A DNA stretch of 64,000 nucleotides from Ascoidea asiatica JCM 7603 (GCA_001600695.1 BCKQ01000009.1:601846-665845); one strand, 5' to 3'. Shown: positions 23,262 through 35,742, numbered from the stretch's first letter. Notes: generated by a model not told the origin, from the sequence alone. Program-made: numbers and translations.

Positions 23262-23665
23262 CTGATATCCTTTTTTAAAAATTTGCTTAGATTTTTTTTG
23301 TTTTCATATTTCTCTATTGTTTTTATATAAGTTTCTTATATTATAGTAAGGCTTTAACTTTTTTCTTTTCTCTTTATACTCCTCTTCGATTAAAATCAAT
23401 AATCATAATTGTTTCAATATCTGCAAGCTCTTTAAATAATTTTATGTATACCAAAAGATCGTAAACGTACTTAAAAAAGATTTAACAATATGTATTAATT
23501 ACTAACAAAAATTAGTTTTCTATGGCAGTAAAAATTATGCAATATATAAATTGGGTAACAAAGTTGTAAACAAAATCAACAAAAAATAAAAAAAACTCAT
23601 GAGCAAATGAAAGACTTTTGAAATTGAAAGTTGAAAAATAAAAATAGAAAATTTTAAGTCAAAAA

Positions 23666-26071
23666 TTATGCTGTTTTCAAACTTACGTAATTTGAAGGTA
23701 TGTTTCCAATTCTGCCATCATTAGTTCTTGCTATCCACCAATCTTTTTCAGCAGTGTCTTTAGTTATTATTGTGAGTTCTTCATCTTTTTGAAAAGATAA
23801 ATCTCCAATTTCAACACCTTTAAAGGAGTATAATCCAATACATTTCTCCAGAATTTTTGGGCTACTATTGATCATATTTGCCTTTTTATAATAATTATTG
23901 AAATTCATATATAATTGACCTGACATTGAAGTTTCAGCGTAAGATAACAATTTGATTTTATCATCAACTAACAGGAAATCATTTTTTTCATTGAATGTAG
24001 TAGTAATAGGACATTTTGTTATTAAAAATTTTGAAGATGTTGTAGGATTATTTGTGTATAAATTACTAGTACTAGCTTGTGTAAGTTGATTGTAAGCTGC
24101 ATTTGTTGAATTTGTTGATAAAGTACTTAATCTTTTATTACTTGAAGTTGTTGATAACATACTTAATCTATTTGGAGCATTTGAATAACCTGAAGCAATA
24201 CTTAATCTTTTAGATGGAGATTGAAATGGAGAATCATCGGGAAAACAAGCATTATGAGGACTTATATGACTATCATGCATTAATTGATCAATAGAAGTTG
24301 TATTTGTATTTGTATCACTATTATTGATAACCCCATCATTAGCCAGCAATGAGTTTGAAGAATTTGAAGATTTAAAAGAAAATTGATCATCATTTGAATC
24401 TTTATCTAAATCTGGAAATATTGGAATAGCAGAATTTCTAACTAATGATAAAGGTCTTAACCAGTTATCACCGTGACCTTTTGAACTTAAACTAGCGCTT
24501 TCTGGTTTTAAAGTTGGAGAAGTTAAAGTTGAAATAGGTTTTGGAGCAATATAAGATGAAGCTTTCAATCTTCTTTCACTCATTATAGATAATCTTTTTG
24601 ATTGATGTCTATTTAAAGATTCTTCTGAATTATTTTTTGTAGTAGAAAATGTAGCAGAAGGTGGAGGTAGAGGTAATGGAGTTAATAGATTCATTGAATT
24701 ACCACGATGATGTCTTTTTGGAGGTAAAGATAAAGATTGAGATTTAGAAATATTATTTTGATTATCAGAAATTTCTTGATTAAAAGATTGATCATCTTTT
24801 GAAACAGAAATAGATAAAGGTCTATGAGTTTTTGAATAATGTCTATTTAAAGTCAAAGGTTTCATAGTTGGTGTTGGATTAAATTTTTGTTTTGTTTTAG
24901 TTGTTGAAGATCTTTTTAAACTCATTTGTCCAGATTCAAGCAGATTTCTATTACTTTTTGGATCTTTTTTTAGATTATCATCAAAATCATTTATATTATT
25001 ACCATTTTCATTTATATTAAGATTGTTAATATTGTTTATATTAGTATTGTTATTATTATTATTATTGGAATTTGAGTTTATACTATTAGTATTATTATTG
25101 GTGAAAAAGTTTGGATTATAGTTTGTAGATATTAGTTTTAAAGAAAGTAATTTTGATTGGATATGAGAAAAATCTAAATTAAAAGAATCTATAATATCTG
25201 AATAAATATACAAATTTGAATTATTTGTTGAAGCAGAATTAGAATTAGAAGATAAATTTAAATTTAAAGTTAAACCTTGATTTCTAGAATAAGAAATTAA
25301 AGAATTTGAAATAAATTTATTTATATCTAATTGTTTATAATAAATTAATTCAAGAGTATAATTTAAAAATTCATCAAATATTGTTAAAGCAATTGGAATT
25401 GTTTCTTTTGTTTTCAAATCAATTTTTTCAAAAATTAAAGTTGAATCATCTAAATTTTTTTTTTCTTTTTCTAATAAAGATCTATCCTTTTCAGATAAAT
25501 TTGAATTAATACCTTTTGAAACTAATTTTTCAATATTATTTTTATATCTATCTTGATCTAATTTTTTATGAGATCTTTTTTTAATTAATTTTTGAATTGA
25601 TTCAAGATATGAAATAAAATTTTTTAGATTTGAAGATAATTTTTTATCAAATTTTTTTAACATTATTGAAGAATCATTATTTAAAGATAATAATAAAGAT
25701 TTAAAATCTTCAATTTCTGAAATTGAAACTTGAGAAATATATTGAAGTTGAGTATTATAATTTGGATCATGAATATTATTTGGATTATTTTCTATTGAAG
25801 AAGATTGAATATTTTGATTATTATTATTGTTATTATTATTTTCAAAATTATGTAAATCGATAAAAGTTGAAGAAATTTGAATTTGAATTTGAAAAAATTC
25901 ATTCCATTGTTTAACATAAAGTGAATAATCTTTTGAAATTGAATTTAAATTTTCAATTGAAAATTTTAAATCATCTTCCCATTCAGAAATTATTGAATCA
26001 CTTAAAGATTTTTTACCAAATAATTTATGTGGAGCTCTAAAAACAGCTTTCCTTATACCTTTTAAAGACAT
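23666..26071 (-). CDS. N-BAR plus C-terminal SH3 protein, divergent Rvs167/amphiphysin-like
   Basis: MSLKGIRKAVFRAP resembles Rvs167 helix 0; IKKRSHKKLDQDR BAR motif; SH3 GLYSF..GDLSFQKD..DWW..GNIPSNYV. Confidence 0.85.
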   Translation of the reverse strand: MSLKGIRKAVFRAPHKLFGKKSLSDSIISEWEDDLKFSIENLNSISKDYSLYVKQWNEFFQIQIQISSTFIDLHNFENNNNNNNNQNIQSSSIENNPNNIHDPNYNTQLQYISQVSISEIEDFKSLLLSLNNDSSIMLKKFDKKLSSNLKNFISYLESIQKLIKKRSHKKLDQDRYKNNIEKLVSKGINSNLSEKDRSLLEKEKKNLDDSTLIFEKIDLKTKETIPIALTIFDEFLNYTLELIYYKQLDINKFISNSLISYSRNQGLTLNLNLSSNSNSASTNNSNLYIYSDIIDSFNLDFSHIQSKLLSLKLISTNYNPNFFTNNNTNSINSNSNNNNNNNTNINNINNLNINENGNNINDFDDNLKKDPKSNRNLLESGQMSLKRSSTTKTKQKFNPTPTMKPLTLNRHYSKTHRPLSISVSKDDQSFNQEISDNQNNISKSQSLSLPPKRHHRGNSMNLLTPLPLPPPSATFSTTKNNSEESLNRHQSKRLSIMSERRLKASSYIAPKPISTLTSPTLKPESASLSSKGHGDNWLRPLSLVRNSAIPIFPDLDKDSNDDQFSFKSSNSSNSLLANDGVINNSDTNTNTTSIDQLMHDSHISPHNACFPDDSPFQSPSKRLSIASGYSNAPNRLSMLSTTSSNKRLSTLSTNSTNAAYNQLTQASTSNLYTNNPTTSSKFLITKCPITTTFNEKNDFLLVDDKIKLLSYAETSMSGQLYMNFNNYYKKANMINSSPKILEKCIGLYSFKGVEIGDLSFQKDEELTIITKDTAEKDWWIARTNDGRIGNIPSNYVSLKTA

Positions 26072-27335
26072 TTATTATATATAATAAAGTATTTTATAAC
26101 TTATGAGATCGTTTTGAAGATGAAAGAATATGAAATATAAACGATTGAATCTATTTGATTTATTGACTTTTGATATATGTATTATTGATTATTGATTGGT
26201 GTTGTAAATAGTTTTAAAATGAGATTAGTGTGTAAATAATTATAAATTCCAAGAAGATCTTTTTAATAAATTTGATCCTTCTTTTTGACTTTAAATATAT
26301 ATTATGATTGAATTGTCTTTAAAATTAATTATGTCTAAAACTCAGTGAATTAATTTGACAGATTTAAAAAGTACTCTGATTGATTTATTAATAATTTTTT
26401 TGCTTATGATTTTTATTTTACAATATTATAGGAGTTAATATTATAAATTGAATAAATTGACTCCAAAAGCCAAGAATATATTAACAATTAACTCGATTCT
26501 TATGATTTATCTCAAAATAAGATTGAAACAAGTTTCTCAATTTCTCAGTTTCTTTGTTTCTTATTACTCAAAAACAAGAGTAATATATATTTATTTGATT
26601 GATTTAATTGTGATATCTCTTTATTCTTGCTATTCTTTTTTTTTTACTTCGTTTGATGAAACATTCACTGATTCAATACGTACCACCGGTAAATAAATAA
26701 ATAAATAAATAGAAATAAATTGACACACACACACAATCACCCACTGCGAGCAGTACCAGAAATTCAGCTCGCTTCTGGTGGGTCCAGCGGCTCGCTGTGC
26801 TGGCAGCGAGCTGGGTCTGATCTGCACTCTGCAACGCCACATTAAATACGCCACACATCACATTGAGCGGCTGCCATTTAGACGGGGACGAGGCTGCCGT
26901 ACACCACCACCACAAGCCCGGAATGGGAAGAATGTGGAATGAGATTGGCGCATTGGGGCAGGTGAAAGAGAACCGTGTAGGTGGAAATCAGCTGTCCTTT
27001 TTTATTGCTCGTGATGAAGCCAGATATTGCACCTGTCCTATACAACACACCCAAGAACTGGCCTCTATAAATTTGGCATTCGAATTGTAACTGTTGAATT
27101 TTTGTGACTACTTTCTTCTAAAGGTTGTTAAGAGTTAGAAACAAAAGTTTTTTTTTATTAATATGATAGTAAATAAAAATAAATTAATGAAAATAACATC
27201 AAATTGAAACATGAAGATAAAAATATAGAGAAAACACAATATGAGAAAAAGAAACAATAAATTAATTTTAATGATCATAAGCATGAATGTAAATTTGATT
27301 AACTTTTAATACCGAATGACAATAAATAGAAACAA

Positions 27336-27366
<31 letters not shown>

Positions 27367-27407
27367 AAAAAGAGTAAATAGTATCACAGAAATCATATCA
27401 TGATAAA

Positions 27408-28937
27408 TCAGTAAAGATATGGAATTGAAGGATGTTTATCACCAGCTAAAACTTTATCTCTTTCTGATAAATCTGAAAATTTTTGATGATAATCAGTACT
27501 TTGTTTTTCTTTATTTTTTTTCATTAAAAATACAACATAAACACTCATAAAAAATAATGCAAAAACAACAAATGCAAGACATATACTTAAACCTTTTACA
27601 TAACGTGGAGCATCACCAGATAAGAAAATATAAGTTGCAATAATACCACCAATATTACCAAAACCAATTTGCCATGCAGTACCAACAGATTTACGTATAT
27701 GACCACCATAATTTAATGCTGTCCAACAAACTAAAATTGGCATACATGAATATAATCCAGTTGCTGTTAAAAAACATCCTGCATATCTTGCATTTACATT
27801 ATTTTTAACACCTAAACAAATTGATAATCCAATAATTGCAATAAATCCATTCAAAACTGCAACTATATATCTTTTTTGTAATCTATCTGAGATAAATGAT
27901 GTTATATTACACCAACCAAATGCAACAATCCATGGATAAATACTATGTCTTTGAGTTTCAATAGCAGTATAACCAAATTCTTGAATAATACTTGTTGCAA
28001 AAAATGCATAACCATAAGATGGTATAATTAAACCAAAATATGCTAAACCAGTAATCCAAATAATTGGATCTTTAAAAACTTCTAAAACATCTTTTGGAGT
28101 ATTTTTAACTTCATAACCTGAATCACCAGCATAAACTGCTAATTTCTTTTTTAAGAAATTTTTTTCATTTTCATTTAAAAATCTACAAGATTCTGGGAAA
28201 TCTGGAATAATAAAGTATAATAAAATTGCTAAACCTGCAGTGAAAGAACCTTCAATAATGAAAATCCATCTCCAAGATGAATAACCACTTGTACCATTTA
28301 AATCTTTAATTTTATAAGCTAAAGCACCTGCACAAGCACCTGCAAGACATGTAACTGAAAAAAATGCAGAAAATCTTCTTTGAGATTCTTTTTTAATATA
28401 AAAATTAGATAATATATAAAAAATTGCAGCAAATGTTGAAGCTTCAAAAATACCTAATAAAAATCTACAAGCACATAAACCACCAAAACTTTTTACAAAA
28501 CCCATGCCAATTGTAATTGCACCGAAAAATAAAATACATGAACTTAACCAAAGATGAGGTGAAACAAATCTTAGAGCATAATTTGAAAATAATTCAAAAA
28601 AAACATATGGTACAAAAAATAAAGTTAAAGCAGTATTATATTCATTACCTTTTAAATTTAAATCAGTTGCCATTCCATAAACTTTTGCATTTGATATATT
28701 AACTCTATCTAAAAAAGATAAGAAATATAATAAACAAAATGGAGGTACAACACATAAATCTATTTTTCTCATTAATTTAGAATGATTTATATTATGTTCT
28801 TTTGCTAATTCTTCAATTTTAGCATCTTTTATTTCATCAGATTCAAAATCATATGAAGAATTTGATTTTTCTAAATCTGAAGCAGATGCACTGAAATTAT
28901 TTTCAGCTGCTTCAACTTCATCAGCTTTCGAAGACAT
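27408..28937 (-). CDS. MFS transporter, anion:cation symporter (Tna1/Dal5-type) family
   Basis: KLMRKIDL, FLDRVNISNA, RFLLGIFE, WRWIFIIEG, PDFPE; about 12 hydrophobic segments. Confidence 0.9.
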   Translation of the reverse strand: MSSKADEVEAAENNFSASASDLEKSNSSYDFESDEIKDAKIEELAKEHNINHSKLMRKIDLCVVPPFCLLYFLSFLDRVNISNAKVYGMATDLNLKGNEYNTALTLFFVPYVFFELFSNYALRFVSPHLWLSSCILFFGAITIGMGFVKSFGGLCACRFLLGIFEASTFAAIFYILSNFYIKKESQRRFSAFFSVTCLAGACAGALAYKIKDLNGTSGYSSWRWIFIIEGSFTAGLAILLYFIIPDFPESCRFLNENEKNFLKKKLAVYAGDSGYEVKNTPKDVLEVFKDPIIWITGLAYFGLIIPSYGYAFFATSIIQEFGYTAIETQRHSIYPWIVAFGWCNITSFISDRLQKRYIVAVLNGFIAIIGLSICLGVKNNVNARYAGCFLTATGLYSCMPILVCWTALNYGGHIRKSVGTAWQIGFGNIGGIIATYIFLSGDAPRYVKGLSICLAFVVFALFFMSVYVVFLMKKNKEKQSTDYHQKFSDLSERDKVLAGDKHPSIPYLY

Positions 28938-29825
28938 TGTAAAATATTTTTATTTGGTAATATAATTAAATTTTAATATTTCTTAAATAAAAAAAACCGA
29001 AACCCAATAACCGAAAAGTAAAAACCTAAATAAAAAGGTATAAAATTGATATATTATAAACAATGATAATAAAAAAGAATTTAGATATTTTGAAAAACTA
29101 AACAACAATAGGGAAAATATAAGATATATATAGGATTTCAAATCTCTAGAAACTGTTGAGATTTCGATGAATTTCAAAGAAAAAACCAATGGATATTTAG
29201 AAAATTCAATTTGAAAAATATTTTCCCCAGTTCTTTTTTGTTTGTATTATTCCAGCATACACATTTTCGTGCATTTCTTTTCGTATCTGGAGCCATGTAA
29301 GAAAGGTGTTGGAGTATCGAATTATCTGAATTTAGGAAATCTTTCACAGCGGTATCGGCGCTGAATAAAAACGGGGAATTCTACCGCTTAATATTTTTGA
29401 AAGTGTTAAACTTGGACCATGCTGTTTAGAATAAAGAAACTGTTATTCCCTTATCAGTTATACGTAAAATCATTGGAGAGGAATATCTACCTAGATATTC
29501 GAGGTCAGAGAAATTTATTTTAATGAAATTTTTTGATTTATGATTTTCATTATGAAGGTTGTGTAGATAATTGACAATATCTTAATAACTCTTATCACTT
29601 CGATGAATACATGCCAATAATATTTCTGCTTAAAGCACTTAGCTATTTTAATGGCTAAGGAAGAAATTTGGGATTGAACCCACCACCGGAAAATATTATT
29701 ATTAACTGCCTAGAAAACCGTAATATCAGGAAAGCACACAAACACCTGGCTCTACGGAGACACACGTCTTATATCCTTATATCAAAGGTTTACCTTCAAA
29801 AAAGGACAGGTGCAGCATTTTGAGA

Positions 29826-29834
29826 ATGACTCAT
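29826..29834. promoter_or_regulatory. Gcn4/AP-1 consensus upstream of the MFS permease
   Basis: ATGACTCAT; nearby CACGTGAC (29885-29892) and CTTATC (29450, 29591). Confidence 0.5.
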
Positions 29835-31200
29835 TTTCTTTTCCGGATTGCAGGGGAAAAGGAAGCAAAAAAGCAGAATGCAGGCACGTGACGACTCGGA
29901 ATGCTCAAAGTCTGAGATCAGAATTGGACTGCTTTTTGAATAAAACTTTTCCAGTGTAAATAGAGAAAATAATGGCAAAAGTAAATGAAGTATATATCCA
30001 AAATATAATATATCTATAAAATATTTGAAAAAATTAAACTAATTTAAACATTTGAGTTGCAAATAATATGCAATGTCAAATTGAGTGAGTTTTAAGGGTC
30101 CTTTTCCTTAAATTATTAGCAAAATACAGCAAAATTTGCTTTAAACCACGGGTTGCCTGTATTAACCGTTACTTACCGAGTCCGATCTTTACCTTTTGTA
30201 ACCTATTTATCCGGCCAAAATATTATTTTACTTTTGAAAAATTTATATTTTTTCCATTTTTTCCTAACAATTAATACAATTGTAACCAAAAGAAATGATT
30301 TTATTCAACCAACTAATTTAAAGTTATCAAGAAAACTAATATACTTGTTTTTATGGGTAGGTTTCTGTAACTTTACTTTATTTTCTATTTTAGGGTTGAC
30401 GTCCAGAATTTGAAAGGTTTGGGTTTTTCAATTACTACTAAGTTTTTCTGTGCTTAAAGATAAAATATAAAGGTGTCTTGATTTCTTTCTCAATTAAGCA
30501 ATTAAGTCTGTTTATACAAAAAAAAAGAATAATTTCACAGAAATGAATAATCATTCAAATGAACCTTCTCCTGATTCAATCTTTACATATTCTTAAGCTA
30601 AATATTGTACCAAGCACTAAAAAGGCGAGGTGACTTTTAAAGACATTCTTATAAACAAATTATCATAAATCGAAGCAAGCATTTATATAATACAATATGC
30701 TTTAATTCATTTAGCTTCACTCAAATACTCTTAACTAAAATTCTTATTATCAGGAGAAAAAGTTGTGTTTATATTATATACTTAAGAATCTGAGTTTAAA
30801 ATCGATAAAATTATCAATCAATTTATTTATATGGATTTCTAGAAGACAATAAAAATGATGAAAAATCAATTTGAAATATTTTAACAGAATATTCAAAAGC
30901 TTTCAAGTATTGGAAATTTATAACTAACTACTCTAGAACTTCAAATTAAATTACCATAGATATTTGAAAAGATTTCAGCTAATTTTCAAAAACTTGCAAT
31001 TAATACGCATTGTTAATCCGAACTTCACACTAATATTTTCACTCTTCAATCCAAATAATATATCCATTCAATTTAATCATAAATCAATTTCAAAACCAGT
31101 TCAATTCAATTGTTTAAATATATAAATTGAATATTTGAATAAATATTCGAAAGAAATATTGAGAGAAATGTAGTTATGATTAAATCAAATATGAGATTCG

Positions 31201-31208
31201 GTCACGTG
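31201..31208 (+). promoter_or_regulatory. Cbf1-type E-box upstream of PAM17
   Basis: GTCACGTG about 260 bp upstream of the ATG in otherwise AT-rich DNA. Confidence 0.5.
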
Positions 31209-31460
31209 TGTTATCTTTAAATACTGAACAGCAATTTCTCACCTAATACTTTTTTTTCCTTTAAAAAATAATTTAAATCACCTTATAAACTTGTAAATGA
31301 TTAATTTAAAGAAGATAATCAATAATATTAATATTGAATATATTTTAAAATCAATATTATAATTCAAATTCCTCCAATTATATTTATTTAATATTCAATT
31401 ACCTTTTTTTTCTCATCTCAATCGTTTATATATTCTTTTTTTACTAAAAAAAAAAAAACA

Positions 31461-32015
31461 ATGTTTAAATTAGGCGTTAGAAGTACTGGAATTTCATCAA
31501 TATCTTCATTAACAAGATTTAAATCAACTTCAACATCTTCAAAAACTTTATTAAAAGAATCTAATCTTAATTGGAATGATTTTTTGAAATTAAAAAAACA
31601 AGCAAAAATTATTAATTATGGTTCATCAGCCTTTACTGCATTTATTGGATCTGGACTTTCATGGGGATATATATCTCAGATAGAAATTGTTGCAAATCAA
31701 ACAATTTTTGGTTTTGATCCAATGATTGTTTTTATTGCAGCTTTTGCAGGTGTAACAAGTATTGGATATCTTTGTGGTCCAATTCTTGGTGCTGGTTTAT
31801 TTCATCTTAAAAATAGAAATGTTATTAAACTGTTTAATGAAAAAAATGCAACTTTTTTACAACATATTATTAAAAATAGAGTTGATGCTTCAAGACAAAG
31901 TTTTACAAATCCAGTACCTGATTATTATGGTGAAAAAATAGGTAGTCTTAAAGAATATCGTCAATGGTTAAGAGATTGTAATTCATATAGAAAAAAAGCA
32001 AATGAATTTATTTAA
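31461..32015 (+). CDS. PAM17: Mitochondrial presequence translocase-associated motor subunit Pam17
   Basis: Presequence-like N-terminus; NRVDASRQSFTNPVPDYYGEKIGSLKEYRQWLRD. Confidence 0.95.
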   Translation: MFKLGVRSTGISSISSLTRFKSTSTSSKTLLKESNLNWNDFLKLKKQAKIINYGSSAFTAFIGSGLSWGYISQIEIVANQTIFGFDPMIVFIAAFAGVTSIGYLCGPILGAGLFHLKNRNVIKLFNEKNATFLQHIIKNRVDASRQSFTNPVPDYYGEKIGSLKEYRQWLRDCNSYRKKANEFI

Positions 32016-32574
32016 ATAATGTTTTTTTTTTCCATTTATAATGATTTTTTCAAATTAATTTCTTTGAGTATGATTCTTCAAATAAGTTAATTTCTTCAAG
32101 TTTTTATGTTGTATATAGTAAGTTAATCAATTAAGATATGATTTTATGTTTATTTTTTCAAGTTTTAGTAATAATCTGTGTGATGTAAAAGTTTTTTTTT
32201 CTTTAATAAATAAATTATATTGAATGAATAAATTATAATAAAGATTCGAATATAAATTATAATTGATAAAAAACTCAAAATTTTTTACTTAAGTTTTATT
32301 TATATTTGTATTTGTTTTTTATTATATCTTTATTTATATATTTAGTTTCTTTTATTTCTTTTATAAAACTCTTAAAATGCAATAAATTAGAATAAGTAAA
32401 AATTATCAAATCAGGTTTTTAATTTCATAAAATATACTTTTCCTTTTTATTTTTTTTTCTTTTGTATTTTTTTCAAGTTTTCAATATTGGAAATTAAATA
32501 GAGATTGTATAGGTAAATAATTATTTTTTTTAAAGAAAAACAGAAAAAAAAAGATATATGAAACACAAGATCAA

Positions 32575-32663
32575 AAAATGATTTAAAATGATTTAAAATG
32601 ATTTAAAATGATTTAAAATGATTTAAAATGATTTAAAATGATTTAAAATGATTTAAAATGATT
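32575..32663. repeat. Perfect 10-bp minisatellite (ATTTAAAATG)x8 plus partial units
   Basis: Directly visible at 32581-32660. Confidence 0.95.
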
Positions 32664-32791
32664 GAAAAAATTGGGAGATTAAAAGCTTAAAAGATCAAAA
32701 TATTAAAAGATTTAAAGATTTTAAAAAGATAGGATATAGAATAAAGACTAATAAATGATTGATTAATTTGTTTTGAAAGAAAGAAAAAAAT

Positions 32792-34012
32792 CTATTGAGA
32801 AGCACATTGAACACCTTGTGGACCATCAGCAGATTCATCATCTTCATCATAACTTCTATTAGTTTTTGAACTTTTTTGATGTTTTGAAGGATCTACATCA
32901 TTTAAAACAACATCATCAATTATAGCATTTTCAGGAATTGAAACTTTATTTCTTGGAGGTAATATAGATTCTAATAATTTTAATTTATCTTCAGATGTAA
33001 AATTTTTATCAGGAAATTCAACATCAAATTTAACAAATAAATGACCATGACCACCATATTTTTTAATTGGCATACCAAAATCTTCAATAACTTTAAGTGA
33101 ACCAGGAGAAATTACTTCTCCAGGTAATATATCAATTTTTAACCAATCACCACTAATATGATGAATAGCAATTTGACCACCAGCTAAAGAAGTTAATAAA
33201 TCAATTTTAGAATTATAAAATAAATCATCATCTTTTCTTGTAAAAAGTTTATGAGGTTTTTGTTCAACAAGAAAAATTACATCACCAGGAATTGTATTTG
33301 GAGCTTGATCACTTTCACCTTTAAATAAAATTGAATCACCATCTTTCATACCTGGATTAATATTAACTTCAATAATTTTTCTTTCATTTTCAGTTTTTTT
33401 ACCTTTACAAGATTTACAAATATTTTTTGAATCAATAATTTCACCTTTACCATTACAATCATCACATTTTGTTTGAAATCTTTGAATTATTGGACCCATT
33501 TGTCTTGTAACAAATTTAGTACCTTGACCATTACAAGTATTACATTTTTTAATTGCAGATTTTTTACCACCTAAACCTTTACAAGATTTACATAGTATAG
33601 TTTTATTTAAAGCTAATTTTGAAACTTTACCTTTATATAATTCTTCTAAAGTACAAGCTATAGTATATTTAATATCTTTACCTTTTGTTGGACCTGTTGG
33701 TCTTCTTTGACCTTCACCACCTGGGAACATACCACCAAAAAATTGATTAAATATATCATCACCTCCCATACCTCCCATACCAGGCATTTGTGGACCTTCA
33801 GAACCATATTGATCATATTCTTCTCTTTTATTTTCATCAGATAAAATTTCATATGCAGAAGTTATTTCTTTAAAAGTTTCTGCAGCTTCAGGAGATGAAT
33901 TTTTATCAGGATGACAACTTAAAGCTTTTTTTCTATATGCTTTTTTAATTTGTTGTTCTGATGCATCTGATGATACACCTAAACAATCATATAATTTTGT
34001 TTCTTTAACCAT
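32792..34012 (-). CDS. YDJ1: Class A J-domain chaperone Ydj1/Mas5
   Basis: [12 protein letters not shown] motif, four CxxCxGxG-type repeats, C-terminal CaaX (CASQ). Confidence 0.93.
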   Translation of the reverse strand: MVKETKLYDCLGVSSDASEQQIKKAYRKKALSCHPDKNSSPEAAETFKEITSAYEILSDENKREEYDQYGSEGPQMPGMGGMGGDDIFNQFFGGMFPGGEGQRRPTGPTKGKDIKYTIACTLEELYKGKVSKLALNKTILCKSCKGLGGKKSAIKKCNTCNGQGTKFVTRQMGPIIQRFQTKCDDCNGKGEIIDSKNICKSCKGKKTENERKIIEVNINPGMKDGDSILFKGESDQAPNTIPGDVIFLVEQKPHKLFTRKDDDLFYNSKIDLLTSLAGGQIAIHHISGDWLKIDILPGEVISPGSLKVIEDFGMPIKKYGGHGHLFVKFDVEFPDKNFTSEDKLKLLESILPPRNKVSIPENAIIDDVVLNDVDPSKHQKSSKTNRSYDEDDESADGPQGVQCASQ

Positions 34013-34021
34013 TTTTTATAA

Positions 34022-34073
34022 AATATGTAATATGTAATATGTAATATGTAATAAGTAATATGTAATAAGTAAT
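34022..34073. repeat. 7-bp tandem repeat (AATATGT/AATAAGT) x7 in the YDJ1 leader
   Basis: Directly visible about 10 nt upstream of the YDJ1 ATG. Confidence 0.85.
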
Positions 34074-34566
34074 TTTTTGGGGTTGTGTTTAGTGATATAT
34101 TATGGAAATTTTAATCAACAAAAAAAACTTAATATAGAAATAAATAAATAAATAATAATGATTAATATTTCTTCAATGGTGGCCAATTTAAGAATAATTA
34201 ATATATATTAATTTTATTTAGTGATTATTTTTCAAATTATTTCTTCTAAAGAGATTTTTGTAATTGTTTGAAAGAAGTTTATTACTTTTTTGAAAGGTTT
34301 ATTCTATGGATGTTAGTAATTCCGGTAGTACTAGATAGCGGGAGCGATAGCAGAGCAGTAACTACTAGATAAATACTACTACTACTACTACTACTATTAC
34401 TATTACTATTACTATTACTATTATTATGGGTAAAGCTGATTGAAAACTTTTTTTTTTTCTGTTTTCTCTATTTTTTTCTATTTTTTCCACAGTTTCTCGT
34501 TGCTGAGTCGAAGAAAAGAAAAACAACGCTGGAACTGAACCTGGAAATAGGGCAATTTCATTTTTC

Positions 34567-34579
34567 TTCCAGAATCTTC
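34567..34579. promoter_or_regulatory. Heat-shock element upstream of YDJ1
   Basis: TTCcaGAAtcTTC, a perfect three-unit nTTCnnGAAnnTTCn, about 555 bp upstream of a chaperone gene. Confidence 0.65.
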
Positions 34580-35163
34580 CATTGCTCATTGAGGAATTGC
34601 GAGTGAAATGAGTGAAATTCTCGTGGCAGCGGTGTGTGTCGGAAAAAGACTGGCGATAACACAGACACGGGATAGGGACAAAAATAAAAGCAAAAGCATG
34701 TGATTCAAAACGTGATTTGATGTATAAAAAGTACCTTGATATTGGTCTTTAAATAGTCACGTTTTAGTTTTTCACAAGGTGTTTGGATGTAACTTTTTTT
34801 TGGTATGATATGTTCTTTATTTAAGAATGTTTTGCGTGTATATTATAGTCTGAGTAATGCAAACTGTATTATGTAAGCGAGAAAGTGAATTTTAACAATG
34901 GAAACTGGTAACCACCACCATTAACACCCTTTAACACCCAATAAACTAATAACTCACTCAATTAATCTCAAAAAGTTTTCACTTTCACTTTCACTTTCAT
35001 TTTCACTTTCATTTTCACTTTCATAAATTTTTATTTTGATATTATTTCAATTTATTTCAATTAATATATTATATTTGAATTTCTTAATTTTACTTTTCTT
35101 TCAATTCTTCTTTCTGTAATTAACCATCATTAAAAAAAAAAATATATATAATTCTTTATCAAA

Positions 35164-35742
35164 ATGAAATATCTTGCTACTGAACAAATTTTAGAAATTC
35201 CAGAAGGTGTAACTGTTAATATCAAAGCACGTTTTATAACTGTTGTTGGTCCAAGAGGTACATTAACTAGAAATTTAAAACATATTGATGTTACTTTTCA
35301 AAAATTAAGTAATAAACAAATTAAAATTGTTGTTCATGATGGTGATAGAAAACATGTTGCAGCTTTAAGAACTGTTAAATCTTTAATTGCAAATATGGTT
35401 ATTGGTGTAACTCAAGGTTTTAAATATAAAATGAGATATGTTTATGCACATTTTCCAATTAATGTTAATATTATTGAAAAAGAAAATCAATCATATGTTG
35501 AAATTAGAAATTTCTTAGGTGAAAAAAGAATAAGAGAAGTTAAAATTCATGAAGGTGTAACTTGTGAAATTTCAACTGCTCAAAAAGATGAATTAATAGT
35601 TTCTGGTAATTCCTTAGATAATGTTTCTCAAACTTGTGCTGATGTTCAACAAATTTGTAGAGTTAGAAATAAAGATATTCGTAAATTTTTAGATGGTATT
35701 TATGTTTCTGAAAGAGGTGTTATTAATGAACTTACTGAATAA
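35164..35742 (+). CDS. RPL9: 60S ribosomal protein L9 (uL6)
   Basis: [47 protein letters not shown]. Confidence 0.97.
   Translation: MKYLATEQILEIPEGVTVNIKARFITVVGPRGTLTRNLKHIDVTFQKLSNKQIKIVVHDGDRKHVAALRTVKSLIANMVIGVTQGFKYKMRYVYAHFPINVNIIEKENQSYVEIRNFLGEKRIREVKIHEGVTCEISTAQKDELIVSGNSLDNVSQTCADVQQICRVRNKDIRKFLDGIYVSERGVINELTE

Noticed and set aside
29668-29690. tRNA T-arm/B-box-like GGGTTCAATCCC on the minus strand
   Set aside because: T-stem geometry is wrong and no acceptor, D or anticodon arms can be built.
34312-34318. TACTAAC on the minus strand upstream of YDJ1 as a 5'-UTR intron branch point
   Set aside because: No GTATGT or GTAAGT donor found upstream on that strand.
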